From Macrostomum lignano (Eukaryota): a stretch of DNA of 64,000 nucleotides. Below, in pieces: positions 21,401 through 33,869 of this stretch (its first letter is position 1; every line of letters starts with the position of its first letter). The stretch lies in contig NIVC01002967.1 of the NCBI GenBank assembly GCA_002269645.1, forward strand, positions 1 to 64,000. Reading direction: 5' to 3'. The notes beneath the pieces were generated by a model. The model did not search any database, had not been told where the DNA came from, and saw only the letters and a list, made by a program, of their open reading frames with translations. Both the position numbers and the translations under genes were made by a program.

Positions 21401-23210
21401 CCCCCGCGGTCTATCTCTAGAAGACTTCAAAACAGCTACCGGAAGCGACATGGACATCCAGGCTGCCATCACCGGCATCAAGACGCAGCATTGGAACCAG
21501 CACAGCAGTACACAGCGAACCTTCAAAGGAATCGAGCACGAGCTATCAGAAAGCGACGGAGTTCTACTCCGCGGTGACTTGATCGTCGTGCCTTCATCGC
21601 TGCGGCGGCAGGTCTTAGCACTGGCACACACTGGACATCTCAGCGCCGAGCGGACACTCCAGCGGCTGCAGACCAAGGTGTGGTGGCCAGGGGTTCGAGC
21701 CGACTGCGAGGCATTCGTTCAAGCTTGTCTGCCATGTCAGGCCACATCCCACGCTACCTACCATGCGCCGCTGAGGCCTACAAAAATCCCGGATGGGGCC
21801 TGGCTCCTGCTAGGAATGGACTTCTATGGGCCCATCCAAGGACAGATGCTTCTCGTCACGACGGACCTGTTTTCTAAATATCCTGAAATCAACTACGTCA
21901 GCTCAACATCAGCAGCAACAGTTATTCCTCACATACGACAGCTCTTCGCCCGCCACGGGGTCCCGCTGGAGCTGATCACAGACAACGGGCCGCCTTTCAG
22001 CTCGCACGAGTTCCGCGCTTTCCTGACCTCGTTCGGCGTCAAACACCGCCTCATCTGCCCGCTGCATCCTGAAGCCAACGGTGCGACCGAACGCGTCAAT
22101 CGCTCAGTGAACAAAGTTGTCAGAGCCGCTATCGCTGAAGGTCGCTGCTGGAAAGAGGCGCTGGATGAGTGGCTCCTCGCATTCCGGGTGACGCCGCACA
22201 GAGCCACAGGCAAAGCGCCGGCTGAACTTCTGATGGGTCGCAGAGTTAACGACGTCATTCCATCGGTCAGACCATCACGGCGAGCCAGCTGGTCTACCAG
22301 TGACATCAAGAACCGGCACAACCGCTACAACGACAACATGAAGGCCGGCTTCGACAAGACCAAGCGGGTTCGACAGCACAGCATCCGGCCGGGTGACCGA
22401 GTCCTTCGACGGCAGAACAAGTCCAAGCTGCACACCCCGTTCGAACTGGAACCCTGGGTGGTCGAGTCCGTCAAAGGCGACACATTCACTCTGCAACGGC
22501 AAGGACAGTCGTGCATGCGTCACCTGGTGCACATCCGGCCGGTTTCACAGCCGCTGCATCCGCCTGAAGCAGCGGCCGGCCAGCCGCCAGCCAGCGCGGG
22601 TCCCGCTGAAGCAGACGACGGCGAGTCAATCGCAATGCGCAGACACCCGAGAAGAGCGCGAGACGCAGTGATTAACTACAAACTGTGATTTAAAAGGAAC
22701 TGACTGTCTAATATCATTAACTGTCGCTGCTGCCAATCGTTTTTCTTTGCGAATTCGTAGTCAGTTCAATATTTTTGTTTTAATGTCCCCATTACGAATA
22801 TCTCTTTTTGTCTCAACGCGTCCCAAGACTAATATTCGCGCATTTTGTAATACTGTGTTTGCTGCATTTTTACTATCCACAGCCTTTTTTCGCTCGTACT
22901 TACTTCGGCATTGCAATTTTTCGAATTTCTCTTTTGTCGTTCAAGCAGAAACTGCGTTTCTTTTCCGTTTGGGGAGAAATGTGGGGCAGTGTACATCTGC
23001 CTCCCTCTCCCTCTCCCTCGCTCAATTGGTCCGGCGCTATCACTGCCCCGTACAAGTACGTACAGCCAACCACTCACTTCAATAATTGATTTAGCTCATA
23101 TTACGCAATTAGTCATAGCCAAATATAAGCCGGCCCTGCTAAGTGCAAGCGGCCCTTGAGTTATTCTTCATGCCTGCCTAGCACCATATCGCGGCATTGA
23201 CTTTTCTACA
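18426..23210 (+). mobile_element. Full-length Ty3/Gypsy LTR retrotransposon, recent
   Basis: Identical 231-bp TG...CA LTRs (18426-18656, 22980-23210), 5-bp TSD ATCAG, TGG-starting PBS at 18658, purine tract before the 3' LTR. Confidence 0.98.
18690..22688 (+). CDS. Gag-Pol (2 CCHC knuckles, PR, RT, RNase H, integrase) with one in-frame TGA at 20733-20735
   Basis: CYRCGESGH and CSHCGKPNH knuckles, VDSGAS, WIHDDVI, VDASPIGLG, GMDFYGP/ITDNGPPF/ANGATER; both ORFs are in the same frame. Confidence 0.95.
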
Positions 23211-23287
23211 ATCAGTAATCCTAACTATGTTATCGAAGGTGCAATCATCTTGTCTATATGCACATTGATCTGGACTAATGATATTGC

Positions 23288-24285
23288 GGTTAGGGTTAGG
23301 GTTAGGTTAATAGAGGCAAATTGGACGGTAGCTGTCCACCTGACCTTTTGGTTTGTCAGGTTTAGGACTAGCAATCAGCTAGCAATCAGCGCCCCCCGTT
23401 GGGGAGCCAAAAAATGCAGTACAAGTTGTTTTAATAAACTACATGTAGCGTCTCTTTACATTTTACCTCAGCAGTCCCTTGTAAGCCTTGACATGTCAGC
23501 AATTTCCCCCACAAGCCTTAACATATCAACTTCCCCCCTTGACATCTCAGCGATGCCCCTAAAAGCCTTGAAATCTTAAAAAATCTGTCTACTTTCTAAC
23601 CCTAGCCTAACCCTAACCCTAACCCTAACCCTAACCCTAACCTAGATCTTGTGCAATGGTTAGGGTTAGGGTGCAATGGATCCCGTCGCCCTGTTCCGGT
23701 CTGGGTTGAGACCCCAGTACCCGAGGACGCTGTGGCGGGGGGCCAGTGCCTCCTCCCCCTCCTCCTCCTCCTTCCCCCAGCCTCCCTGGTGGTGCCCTGG
23801 ATCTCCCGCGGACCTGGGCCCCAGTCGCTTCAATTAGCAAGTACCCAACCTCACCTTACCTTACCCTAACCCTAATCCCTAACCCAGACAGATTAAGATA
23901 CCAGGGGACCAGAGGCGGAAGGAGATTGGGTGAGAGTTAGCATTAGGATTAGGGATTAAGGTTAGGATTAGGGATTAGGGTGGGGTTAGGATTAGGGTTA
24001 GGTTTAGGGTTAGGGTTAGGGTTAGGTTTAGGGTTAGGGCTAGGGTTAGAAGGTTGACAGATTTTTTAAGATTGCAAGGCTTATGGGGCATTGCTAAGAT
24101 GTCAAGGGGGTTGATATGCTAAGGCTTGTGGGGGGATTTTCTGACATGTCAAGGCTTACAAGGTATAATGCAAAGAGACGCTTACATGTAGTTTATTAAA
24201 AAATCTTGTACTGCATTTTTTTGGCTCCCCAACGGGGGGCGCTGATTGCTAGTTTGCCTCTATTAACCTAACCCTAACCCTAACC
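23288..24285. repeat. ~1-kb imperfect palindromic element with (TTAGGG)n/(CCCTAA)n blocks in both orientations
   Basis: 23370-23643 is a diverged reverse complement of 23990-24250; telomere-like tracts at 23288, 23598, 23656, 23860, 23940-24048 and 24265. Confidence 0.85.
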
Positions 24286-25670
24286 GCAATATCATTAGTC
24301 CAGATCAATGTGCATATAGACAAGATGATTGCACCTTCGATAACATAGTTAGGATTACTGATGACGTCCTCAAGATGCTGCAACTCAGTCAGTACACCCT
24401 TGGGGTCTTCTTTGACGTTGAAGGTGCCTTCGATGGAGTCTGGCATGACTCGCTACGGTTAGATCTCCTTGAAAGTGGTCTACCCCATTGCCTAACGAGG
24501 TCAGTTTCCAGCTATCTTGACGATAGAGATCTGCAGGTCCAGGTTGGAGGGGCTCTTAGCGAGAGCTTCTCCCCGGCAGCTGGAGTTCCACAGGGGGGAG
24601 TTTTCTCGCCGCTGCTCTTCCTGGTATATGTCAACAATATTCCACTGCCTGCTGATAGAAAGGTACATGTTAGTCAATATGCGGATGATCTGGCGGTTTG
24701 GGCGAGCGCCAGGACATCCTCAATCTCAGCTAAACTTCTTAACGCCTACTTCAAGAAAGCTCAGGTCTGGCTTGACGAAGTTGGGATTATTATCAACCCC
24801 AATAAGAGCACAGCGATTTTGTTCGTTAAGCCTCTGGGCAACCAACGTACTGGGCCTGACAAGCCCCCCCCTGTTACTTGGAAATCAGTCCATCCCTTAC
24901 CATGACTCCGTCTCCTTCTTAGGTATTATCCTCGAAAAACAGCTCACCTTTAAGCCACACCTGGCCAAAATCGTGCATGCTGCTCAAAATAAATTGTTCG
25001 CGCTTCAAAGCTTAGCCAAAGACTGGAATTTCTCAGCTAGGGCTCAGACTAATCTATAGATTGTACATAGAGAGTTGTATGGTCTATGGTGCTCCAGTGC
25101 TGATATATCTCACGGATGTACAGCTCAATAAGCTTCAGCTGATGCAGAACAAGGCACTCAGGGTGTCCCTTGATGCCCCAGCGCACACAATAATTAGCTA
25201 TTTGCACTACATCACTAAGATGCCTATGATCAAAGAGCGCATTTGGAGCCTAGCTAAGCGCTGGTATAATAAAGCTGATGCCACTGGAGTGCACAGTTTC
25301 GACCTAGACACTAGAAAATGGGATAGAAGGGGGTTCAGGGTGCCTGCAGTGGCCCGCCTGAAAAGTGTTTAAAGAATTGCTTTTTTTATTAGAGCTGAGC
25401 TTCTTACAGCCGCAACTTAATTTTTCTAGTCAATACAGCTGTAGTAATCCGCTATTTTAGTGTTAGGCGTCGCACTTTGTCAGCAGTTGCCCTTGCCCTC
25501 GCCCTCGCCCTGGGTTGCTGTCTGCCGCTGGTCAGCTTCGCGCCTCCTTCCTTTTGGCTGTCTGTTGCTGCTCCCGTCCCTCCTTCTGTCCGTTTTGCAC
25601 TTCGTTTCTCAGCCCTCAGCTTCTCTGCTGTGGGCTGTCTTTATTTCGTCAGTCTCAGTTTCCCCTGTCA
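24286..25670 (+). mobile_element. 5'-truncated Jockey/I-like LINE (RT C-terminal part and 3' UTR), frameshifted
   Basis: DQCAYRQ...FFDVEGAFDGVWH, GVPQGGVFSP, QYADD; the C-terminal domain ends at 25372. Confidence 0.92.
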
Positions 25671-26180
25671 TGTGAGCCAGTCACATGACAGGCCTCTCGT
25701 TCTTGGAGTCCTAAAGTGCAGTAAACAAGTTATTGCACTCGCTGGTCCTGTTTACTGGGAGAGTCACGTGCTTACGGCCCCCTTCCTTCTCTAAGGAGAG
25801 GAGTGATTCATGTTGCTAAAAATAGCAACTGAGTCACAGCCACGCGTACTCTGCCCGAAGACCCCAAGTGACGTCAGGTCTAAAAATAGAACGAGTCACG
25901 AGGTCTTGCGCGGATTGGGACCCTGCCCGGAGGCCCTGAGTGACGTTAGTTCTCAAAATAGAACGAGTCACGAGATCTTGTGCAATGGGCTAGAGGTGAA
26001 TCCCGCGCTATAAATAGGACCCCTCTCCCCCTTGTTTCCGTCAAGGAGTTCCTAGTTTTCAGCGTTTCCCAGTGTCTGTACTGAACGACCGTTCTTTAAG
26101 TGTTTGCATACACTGAGCTCTCTCCTATTGGTCTGACTGCGACCCTACTAAAGCCAACCCTAGCCTAAGAGAGACTAACA
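25671..26180 (+). mobile_element. LTR-like/promoter-like segment (possible solo LTR)
   Basis: TG...CA ends, internal duplicated enhancer-like unit (gtgacgt..tc.aaaatagaacgagtcacgag), TATAAATA at 26009; no TSD found. Confidence 0.35.
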
Positions 26181-27270
26181 CAGCCCTCCCTGTACCAACC
26201 AAGCCCGGCAGGTACTGCTAACGAGACGCCTTTACGTTGAGCTGCAAGTCTGCACGTCGTGTTGAGTTTGTTGACTTGTGTATTTCGTTCCGACGGGAAG
26301 CTCACCTCATCGAAGGCCGAGACCTGAAGGAACTGGTGGCAGCACTACCTACGCTACTAAGAGCTAAGAAGACTTCCCACGGAAGAAGAGGCCTGAGACT
26401 TAAGCTTGGCAGAAGCTTCGCCGAAGCCTGGAGGACTGTTCAGTAATGGCGGCTGGATGCCGGGGGCTCCAGTTCGAAAAATGGCTCCACTACCGGGGAA
26501 ACCTGGTAGAGGGTAAACATAACTGATCAGGATTCCGGGCTAAAGCTTTGCTTCTAGTGCGGATGATTGTGAGGATTGTTCTGCCTTCGGATTGGGTGGC
26601 CCCCGCACCCGGTTCGGTCTGGTGGTTCGATTCTCACCGGTGGGATCCTTGCTCTGTAGGTACGCCCTTGGAGTAGGGGGAACTTCGTTCGGATTGAAAC
26701 ACGGATCAGGATCGGGCCTGTACGCGCTATGGTCGGGTGCGGCTCGAACTTTAACATACTTTCATCTAGTTGGTCTCCGCTTAGGCGGGTCCGGGTTTCG
26801 ATTCGAATGTTGATGATCGCAGGGTAAAAGCACGATAGCAGATCTGGCTCGTCTTGGTGACGCCGTAGTGCTAATCCCTGTCAGACAGTGCTTGATGCCT
26901 CCACGAGGCGAGAGTCGGGCAACAGAGTGCCGGGGTACGTGTCTTTAGACAGAACTCTGTTCTGTCTCACCGCTTCATCTCCTGCTCTCATCTTCAATCT
27001 GGCTTCCTCAACCTTTCTTAGTCCACATCACTCCCTTCATCCTCTCTTTTCAGCTTCTTCCTCTCCGCTCTTTTTTCTTCCCTCATCCTTCAAACGTACC
27101 TCGGTGCTGCGGCTTAATTCCACTGTTTAATTCGGGGGGCCTGGGTTAGCAGCCCGGGTCTTCTGTGACATCCTATTGCTACGAATAAAAATAACGATAC
27201 AGACCTGTCGGCCTCTGCTGATGGGCAAAATAGGTGTCACTCCAGGGGGATAGGTCAGGCCAGTGGTGGG

Positions 27271-28680
27271 TATGCCTGCAGTGAGTGTGACGGCAAATTT
27301 AGTACTAGAGCGGGGCTTAGCAATCATCAAAGACAGACTCATCCTGACTACTACCATTCTATAAAATGCTCGGCCCTACCGGGCACCAAAAAAAGATGGT
27401 CTGATGAGGAATTATACATACTAGCTAGTTTTGAAGCCAAATTTGATATTAACTTCGTACCAGTAAACGACGCGGTTATGAGAGCGAAAATATTACCTGA
27501 GAGAACTCTAGACAGCATTAAGAGCGCTAAAAGAACCAAGACTTACAAATTACTTGTGGAAAAACTCAGAAACGAAGCCCGTAATAAAGTTAGCGAGAAT
27601 GATGAGATTCTAGAAGAAGTTCAGATAGCTGTCGCAACAGGAGTTAGAGGTAGTGTCGATGAGCTGAGGAAGGTTAGAAGGAAGCAATTTGAAAAAAGAC
27701 TAGAAAAGACTGAAAAAGACCTAGCGAGAAGTACAAAGTAACTAGTAAGACAGAAGCCAACCAAGAAAACAAAAAAAGCGAATACAACTCAGAAAACCAA
27801 CAAAAAAGAAGACCTAGCAACAGAGGCAGGGGGTGAGACCATAGACAGTGGCCGGGATACGAATCCTAAGGGTCCGGGTGCCATGCCCACTATCTTTGAG
27901 TCAGGTGAGGTCGATGGCTACTCAAATAAGTCGAATTTAACAAAAAATTCCGAAAATTCCAAAAAAGTCAATACAAAAACGACGATGTAACTGGCAGCTT
28001 GGCGTCTGGTCGGGATTTGGGTCTGGTGTCCGCCGGCCACCTGCCGGAGCTTGACTTGGTAGGTCATGAAGGTGGCCAGATTCAAGCTGTTAGTTCATCT
28101 AGTAAGAACGGAAATACCGATTTCGCTAAGCATGACATTCCAGAAGAAGTTAAAAACAAAATTTGGGGCTCAGACTCAGAAGAAAGTTTTGAAAACAATG
28201 GCATAGATCAGCAGACTACTATTCCTAAGAACAGCTGTTATTCCAAAGGTGTTAGTAGCGACAATAATGAACATATTATTGCCTGGCTTAGAAAAAATAA
28301 GTGCGTGGAACTTGGTGAGTATTGCAATGATATCTGCAAGCTCTTAGAAGAGGGGAAATGAAGCTACCTGTAACCTAATCGAGAAATTACTACCTACGGG
28401 TCCTGGAACCAAGAAACCTATTATGAAAAAACGAAAAATCAAAAAAGCCAAAAATAAGAAGGAAAAAAGGCGTAGAGCCTTTGCAGAAATGCATAGGATT
28501 TACGAAAAAATAAAAAGAGAGCAGCAGAATCGGTCTTCACAGGGGCTTGGAAAAATTGGGACGAGGAAGACGAAACTAACATTAGCGTTGAAGAATATAC
28601 TAGCTTGGCGAACGGCTTCCCACTTTTGTGCAGACGCACACGTGCCAAGCGGACAGCCCGAGAAATCGGCTGGCAAAGAA
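27271..28680 (+). mobile_element. R2-like (RLE) non-LTR element, 5' portion: C2H2 finger, Myb domain, RT-upstream region; decayed
   Basis: YACSECDGKFSTRAGLSNHQRQTHP, then KRWSDEELYILA...PERTLDSIKS..YK in one frame; RRRAFAEMHRIYEK at ~28470. The 5' boundary may lie near 26200-26450. Confidence 0.85.
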
Positions 28681-28689
28681 GAAGCCAAA

Positions 28690-31600
28690 AGGGGGGGGGG
28701 GGAAGAGCCCGCGGACTCAGAGTAACACCTGAGGTCCGTGGACGAAACCCTCTTCAACAGAGTGGTGGCCCATTAACCACGGTCCACACCTCTATAAACA
28801 ACAAAAAAGTGAGGCACCCTAGTGCCAACTCGGACGAGGAAGAGGAAGGAGAACTAGGAAAAGAATCGGAGAGATCGGTTAAGACAAGGATTGAGAAGGA
28901 CCTGTGCACCATTGAGAAGAATCCAGGACCTAGGAACGCAGATCAAAGAAGAGCAAGAAATAAGAGGAGAACACTAAGAAGAAAGAAAAGAAAAAAAAAC
29001 AAATAAAACAGAAAACCGAAGAAGCAGAATCGGAATGGAAAGAATCAAGGATAAAGATTGCAACCTGGAATGTACAGCGAGCCAACATCGGATCGGCAAG
29101 GTTTGGCGAAATCGTAAAGACAGCCTATAAATGGCAAATTACCTTAATCACGGAAACCCAAGAAACCAAAGTGGGAATCAGGGAGTATAGGACTAACAAA
29201 GGAACAAGCCACTTAATTCACTCCGGAAGAGTAGGAATCCTACTATCAGAACCAGCATGGCTATTGTGGTTAAAAGAAGGAAGGAAGATGCATCCACAAG
29301 AAAGAAGCCTGGCAATTGAATTAGGTGACTGCATACTAATCTCGGTATACCAACCAGTCAAAGGCGTCGAAGGCTACGACAAGACAACCTCAGAAATACG
29401 GAATGAACTCAAAAGACTCATGACAACGGTAGGACAAAAGAAAGCCATTTTCATCGGGGGCGACTTCAATGCATCAGTAGGAAGCAACAACACAAGAATG
29501 AACCCGAAATCTGGTACCCCGTTCAGCTGCATAGGAAAATGTAACATGCAAACGGCTAACGAACAAGGAATAGATTTAATGCTATGGATGGAAGAGTGGA
29601 ACCTGGTATGGACAAGCTCCTTTTTCAAGCAAAAGAAGGGGGCACTTGGAAACACCCAAAAACGAAGAGATGGTACGAACTGGACGGTTTCCTGGTAAGA
29701 AAAGACCAGAGGCACAAGACCGTGAGAAAAGTGTACACGGACCACAGCCCGAAGCTATCAGATCACCTACCGAAGGTAAGGTCCTTTGGATACACCCGAA
29801 CTTGACGAAACAAATCAAGATCATCAAGAAGAACAAGGCGACAGCGATAAAGAAGCAAAAGAGGAAGAGGATCGAATGGAAAAAACTCAGAGAAGTTGAA
29901 ATACGAGAAAGATTCGCAAAAGAAACGGCCCAGAAAACAAGAGAGAACCGATGGGAAACAATGGAGGCAAACCTAGTGAAGACAGCAGAGGCCGTATGCG
30001 GAATCAAGAAAAGACAAACAAACCCATGGCTTGCCGGGAAGGAAGGTGAACTAAGGGTACTTAACTTAGGCATCAAAGACGCACTGAAGGAGAGAAACGA
30101 AGCAAACCGCAGATGGCTAGAAACGCGAAGCGAAGAAGACAGAAGAAACCTGGAAACAAAGAAGCAAGAACTCCGTGAGAAAAGGAAGAAGAACGAGAAA
30201 CTTACGCAGTGGGAGGAGGACTGGTGGGACAGACTTGCTCAAAAGTGCAAAGAAAATTGCGAGAAAGGAAATATCGCAGGGATGTACGAAAACCTCAAAG
30301 AAATGGGTATAACGGAGATGGGAAACCAAAACCAAAGCAGGGGGAAAGATCTGTTCAGTGCAAGCGATTTCAAAGAACACCTCGAATTAGTGCAGAAAGA
30401 TCGTTTCGAGAACGACCCAACGACCATGATGACCAGGATTGACGCGCTTGAAAAGCCTCAAGTGACCGAAGAAGTGCGAAGGATAGCAAACACAGCCCTG
30501 ATCGAACCCATCACTAAGACAGAATTCGAGAGAGAGTTGAACAAGATGAAGAATGGAGCATCCGGAGAGGATGAAGTTAGACTAATCTACATCAAGGCGG
30601 CAAACGAAACCGTAAAAGAAGAATGTTTCACCGAGATTACGAGACTCTGGGAAGAACCAGCAAAGAAGTGGAGAGAGAGCCAAAAACTTGGTCTAATAAT
30701 CCCCCTGCATAAGAAGGGTGACAAAAAGAATCTGAACAATTACCGAGGAGTATGCCTACTTCCAATCACAAGCAGAATACTGGCGAGAATAATCGCAACC
30801 CGAATTAACAAGTCGGCGGAGGAAACCGAGTGCCTAGACGAAAATCAAGCAGGCTTCAGGCGTAACAGATCGACAATGGACGCCACCCAGATTATCCTGA
30901 GACTCCAAGAAGACGCAACACTGATGAGGGAAGCACGAGCAAACACGGAGAACGAGGAAAGTGAAGAAAACGACGAAAACAACGAGGAAATGATAAAGCT
31001 ATTAGACCTGAAAAAAAGCCTACCCAAGAGTGAATAAGCCAGCATTATGGAAACTGTTGGCACACCACGGGATGCCAGAGAAGATGATTGATAAACTTAA
31101 AGACCTGCACGAAAACACCGCCTACAAGATACACACCGAGGACGAGAACAGCCAGACATTCTTTCCCCAGAGAGGACTGTGAGAAGGATGTGCGACCTCG
31201 CCAGTGCTTTTCAATATCTACCACCAGGCGGTCATGCGAGCAGCCGAGACCGAAAGAAAAATCAAAGCAGCAAGCGAGGGTCTGGAAATAGGTATCGAAT
31301 GGACATACCTACCACGCAATGACCTGCCCCCACAGAGAAACTACCAGTTCACGGAAGAATCAATCACCACACGGATCACCTGCTCACTTTTCGCTGACGA
31401 CACCACAGTGATAGGCGAGAAGAAGGAGATCGAGGAAGGTACAAAGACGGTGAAGGAAGTCATGGGATAGTTGGAAGAGAGAACGAACGATGAGAAAGAA
31501 GAGACAGCAATTTTAGGAACAGAGGAAAGTAATAAGATCCGGATGTTGGGTGTATGTCAGCAACCAGTAAGACCAGAGACTGCAAAGAGCAACAAACGCA

Positions 31601-31860
31601 TGGGCTAAAGTCAAGAAAAGACTCAGGAGAACAAGATTGAGTAAACGAACCCAGGCGAGAGTGATAGAGGCATGTGTGGAAAGCACGATGACGTTCAACG
31701 CAGGGGCGAGACCGTTCAAGCAAGGCGAAGTAAATCAACTGCAAAGAACAATAGACAAATTCTACCGCTTTATCTGGAGCAGTAAAACCAAGGAACCTCT
31801 ACGTGAAATGGAAGAAAAGCAGGTGAACATGTGGGACGTAAGACGATCTCTTGGAATTAA
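28690..31860 (+). mobile_element. RTE-like APE-RT LINE, frameshifted, 3'-truncated, lying inside the R2-like element
   Basis: IATWNV, IGGDFNA, ELDGFL..LSDH APE motifs; LHKKGD..NYRGVCLL, QAGFR, DLKKAYP, GLREGCATSP and FADD RT motifs. Confidence 0.88.
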
Positions 31861-33830
31861 AGCTGCAGAGGACAGTATTATTAGTGTTCAGAGAGGCTTC
31901 AAACTAGGTTTAGATGGGCTTGGCGCGAATCATTTTTTAATCGAAAACCTTCTAGCGGAGGCCAGAGCTGGTAATTCACCTCTGTTCTTGGCCTTCCTAG
32001 ACCTAAAAAAGCTTTTGATTCGGTCAACCACCCTACTTAATTTAGAGCAGCAAGAAGAGTTGGTACTCCGGAACTATTAATTAACTATCTAGACAATCTA
32101 TATACAAACACTGACATTTTTGGGGCCACTACCAAGCTAGGTAGGGGTGTCAAACAAGGTGACCCTTTATCACCGATTCTATTTATTTTGTTATCGACGC
32201 AGTCCTAGGCTCACTCGACCCGCACATAGCCTTTCCAATTGCTCAAGAGAGAGTTAACTCCGCAGCCTTTGCGGACGATATGGCTATCTGCGCGTCGACT
32301 GAAGCCGGTCTTAAAAACCGTCTGAAAACTTTTGAAGAGGCCCTTGCTTCAACGGGGCTGGAGGTTAGCATCAACAAGAGTGCTACCATCTCGATCGTGA
32401 GGGACGGGAAGAATAAAAGATGGCTTAATAATCAAAATATTAAATTGAAAATTTACAATCAGGAACTACCTGGTATCGGCCTTCAAAATAGTTATTTGGG
32501 TATCGAACTTAATGCCAAAGGGCAAGTGCAATCGGGATTAAAAGCACTGAAAGACATGCTTGCTAAACTTAAAGAGGCCCCTCTTAGGCCTCAGCAACGT
32601 ATGTACTTTTCCTCTCTACCAATATTATTCCTAAGGTTAATTACATTCTTACTAACGGTAGAATACATAAAAAACTCTGCTAGAAGCGGATACCACGGTC
32701 AGAAAGTGGGTAATCAATGTGCTCAGACTTCCCAAAAATACTCCGTCTCCTATAATTCATGCAAGGGTTCGTGACAGAGGTCTGGGCATTAACTCTTTCA
32801 CTACTGATATACCTAATTTTAAGAACAGGAAATTGAACAACCTTATCAATTGTAGCGACTCTCTAATCAGCCAGATCGCGAATCAACCTAAGTTTGCGAA
32901 CAAATTCAAATTAGACAAATCTTCAATTGCTTTTAATGATATGGATGAAATTTATTTACATTGGAAGGAAAATCTGAACACCACAATTGATGGCAGAGAG
33001 AGGCCTTGCTGACGCCGCCGAGGTCCCTTTCGTCAATGATTGGGTTTCCGAGGGCACCAGCATCGTCTCCTCTGAAATTATATAAAGTGCCTTAAAATAA
33101 GATCTAACCTCTGGCCAACTAGGGCCCGTGCGTCCAGAGGCAGAAGCAGAGCGCCTAACTGTGACGCTGGGTGCCGTAGGATAGAGGGTTTAGTGCATAT
33201 TTTGCAAAGCTGCAATCGCACGTTTGATAAGAGAAATTTTAGGCACTACAAAATTGTTGATTACATCTTTGAAAAACTTGAGTCCAGAGCATACCAACCT
33301 ATTAAAGAGCAATTAATATCAACCAAGGAAGGTGGCCGCAGGCCGGACCTGATTTGGAGGACGGGCAATACCGCCTGGATCGGGGTTGTTTCCATAGTTG
33401 CTGATGCGGGACTGGGACTTGGGATTATGAATAAGGCAGCTAATAACAAGAGTAATTACTATAACAAGCCATGCATCAAAGAGTGGGCGCAGGACTACTA
33501 CAGTCTCAAATCGCTAGATAAGTCTGGATTTAAATGCGTAGGTCTGATTTGGAACTGGAGGGGATGCATGGAGAAAAAAACTTCGCAAATATTGACTAGT
33601 TTAGGATTTACTAAAGCCGAGCAGAAACTAATGTCCATTATGGCACTTTAAGGTAGCGTCTAAGCGGCAGAGGCATTCTATAGGAGGACAGGGCATCACG
33701 GCTGATCTTTAAGTTCTTTCCAAAGGTTCTATGTTGTTCTGGGTCTAAATAGTATTCTTAGGTATTTACTCTTCCAATTTATGGCCTATTTATTACATTT
33801 ATTGTAGCTAGTCTCCTATTTAATTATCAG
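31861..33830 (+). mobile_element. R2-like element, 3' portion: RT, CCHC finger, restriction-like endonuclease, 3' UTR; decayed
   Basis: QRGF, FLAFLDLKK, GVKQGDPLSP, AFADD, CDAGC..EGLVHILQSC, RPDLIW. Confidence 0.9.
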
Positions 33831-33869
33831 TTTAGAATGTTTAATTTAATCATTTTGTCACACTCTTCA

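Noticed and set aside
19541-22532. Numerous antisense ORFs over the Gypsy and LINE coding regions
   Set aside because: Shadow ORFs of GC-rich coding sequence with no recognisable motifs.
23598-24048. True chromosome end or telomere fusion
   Set aside because: The tracts are short, degenerate and embedded in an imperfect palindrome; treated as an interstitial element instead.
26898-26930. HDV-like ribozyme P3/L3 motif CCTCCACGAGG near the R2 5' region
   Set aside because: No complementary P1 partner or J4/2 catalytic C motif could be found by eye.
28729-28748. Hammerhead-like CTGAGGTCCGTGGACGAAAC at the RTE 5' end
   Set aside because: Lacks the CUGAnGA core (GA missing), and the bases pair better in an alternative hairpin with 28711-28720.
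33648-33657. TTAAGGTAGC matching the 28S R2 target site
   Set aside because: It lies within the decayed end of the R2 ORF (AL*GSV) and no further 28S sequence follows.
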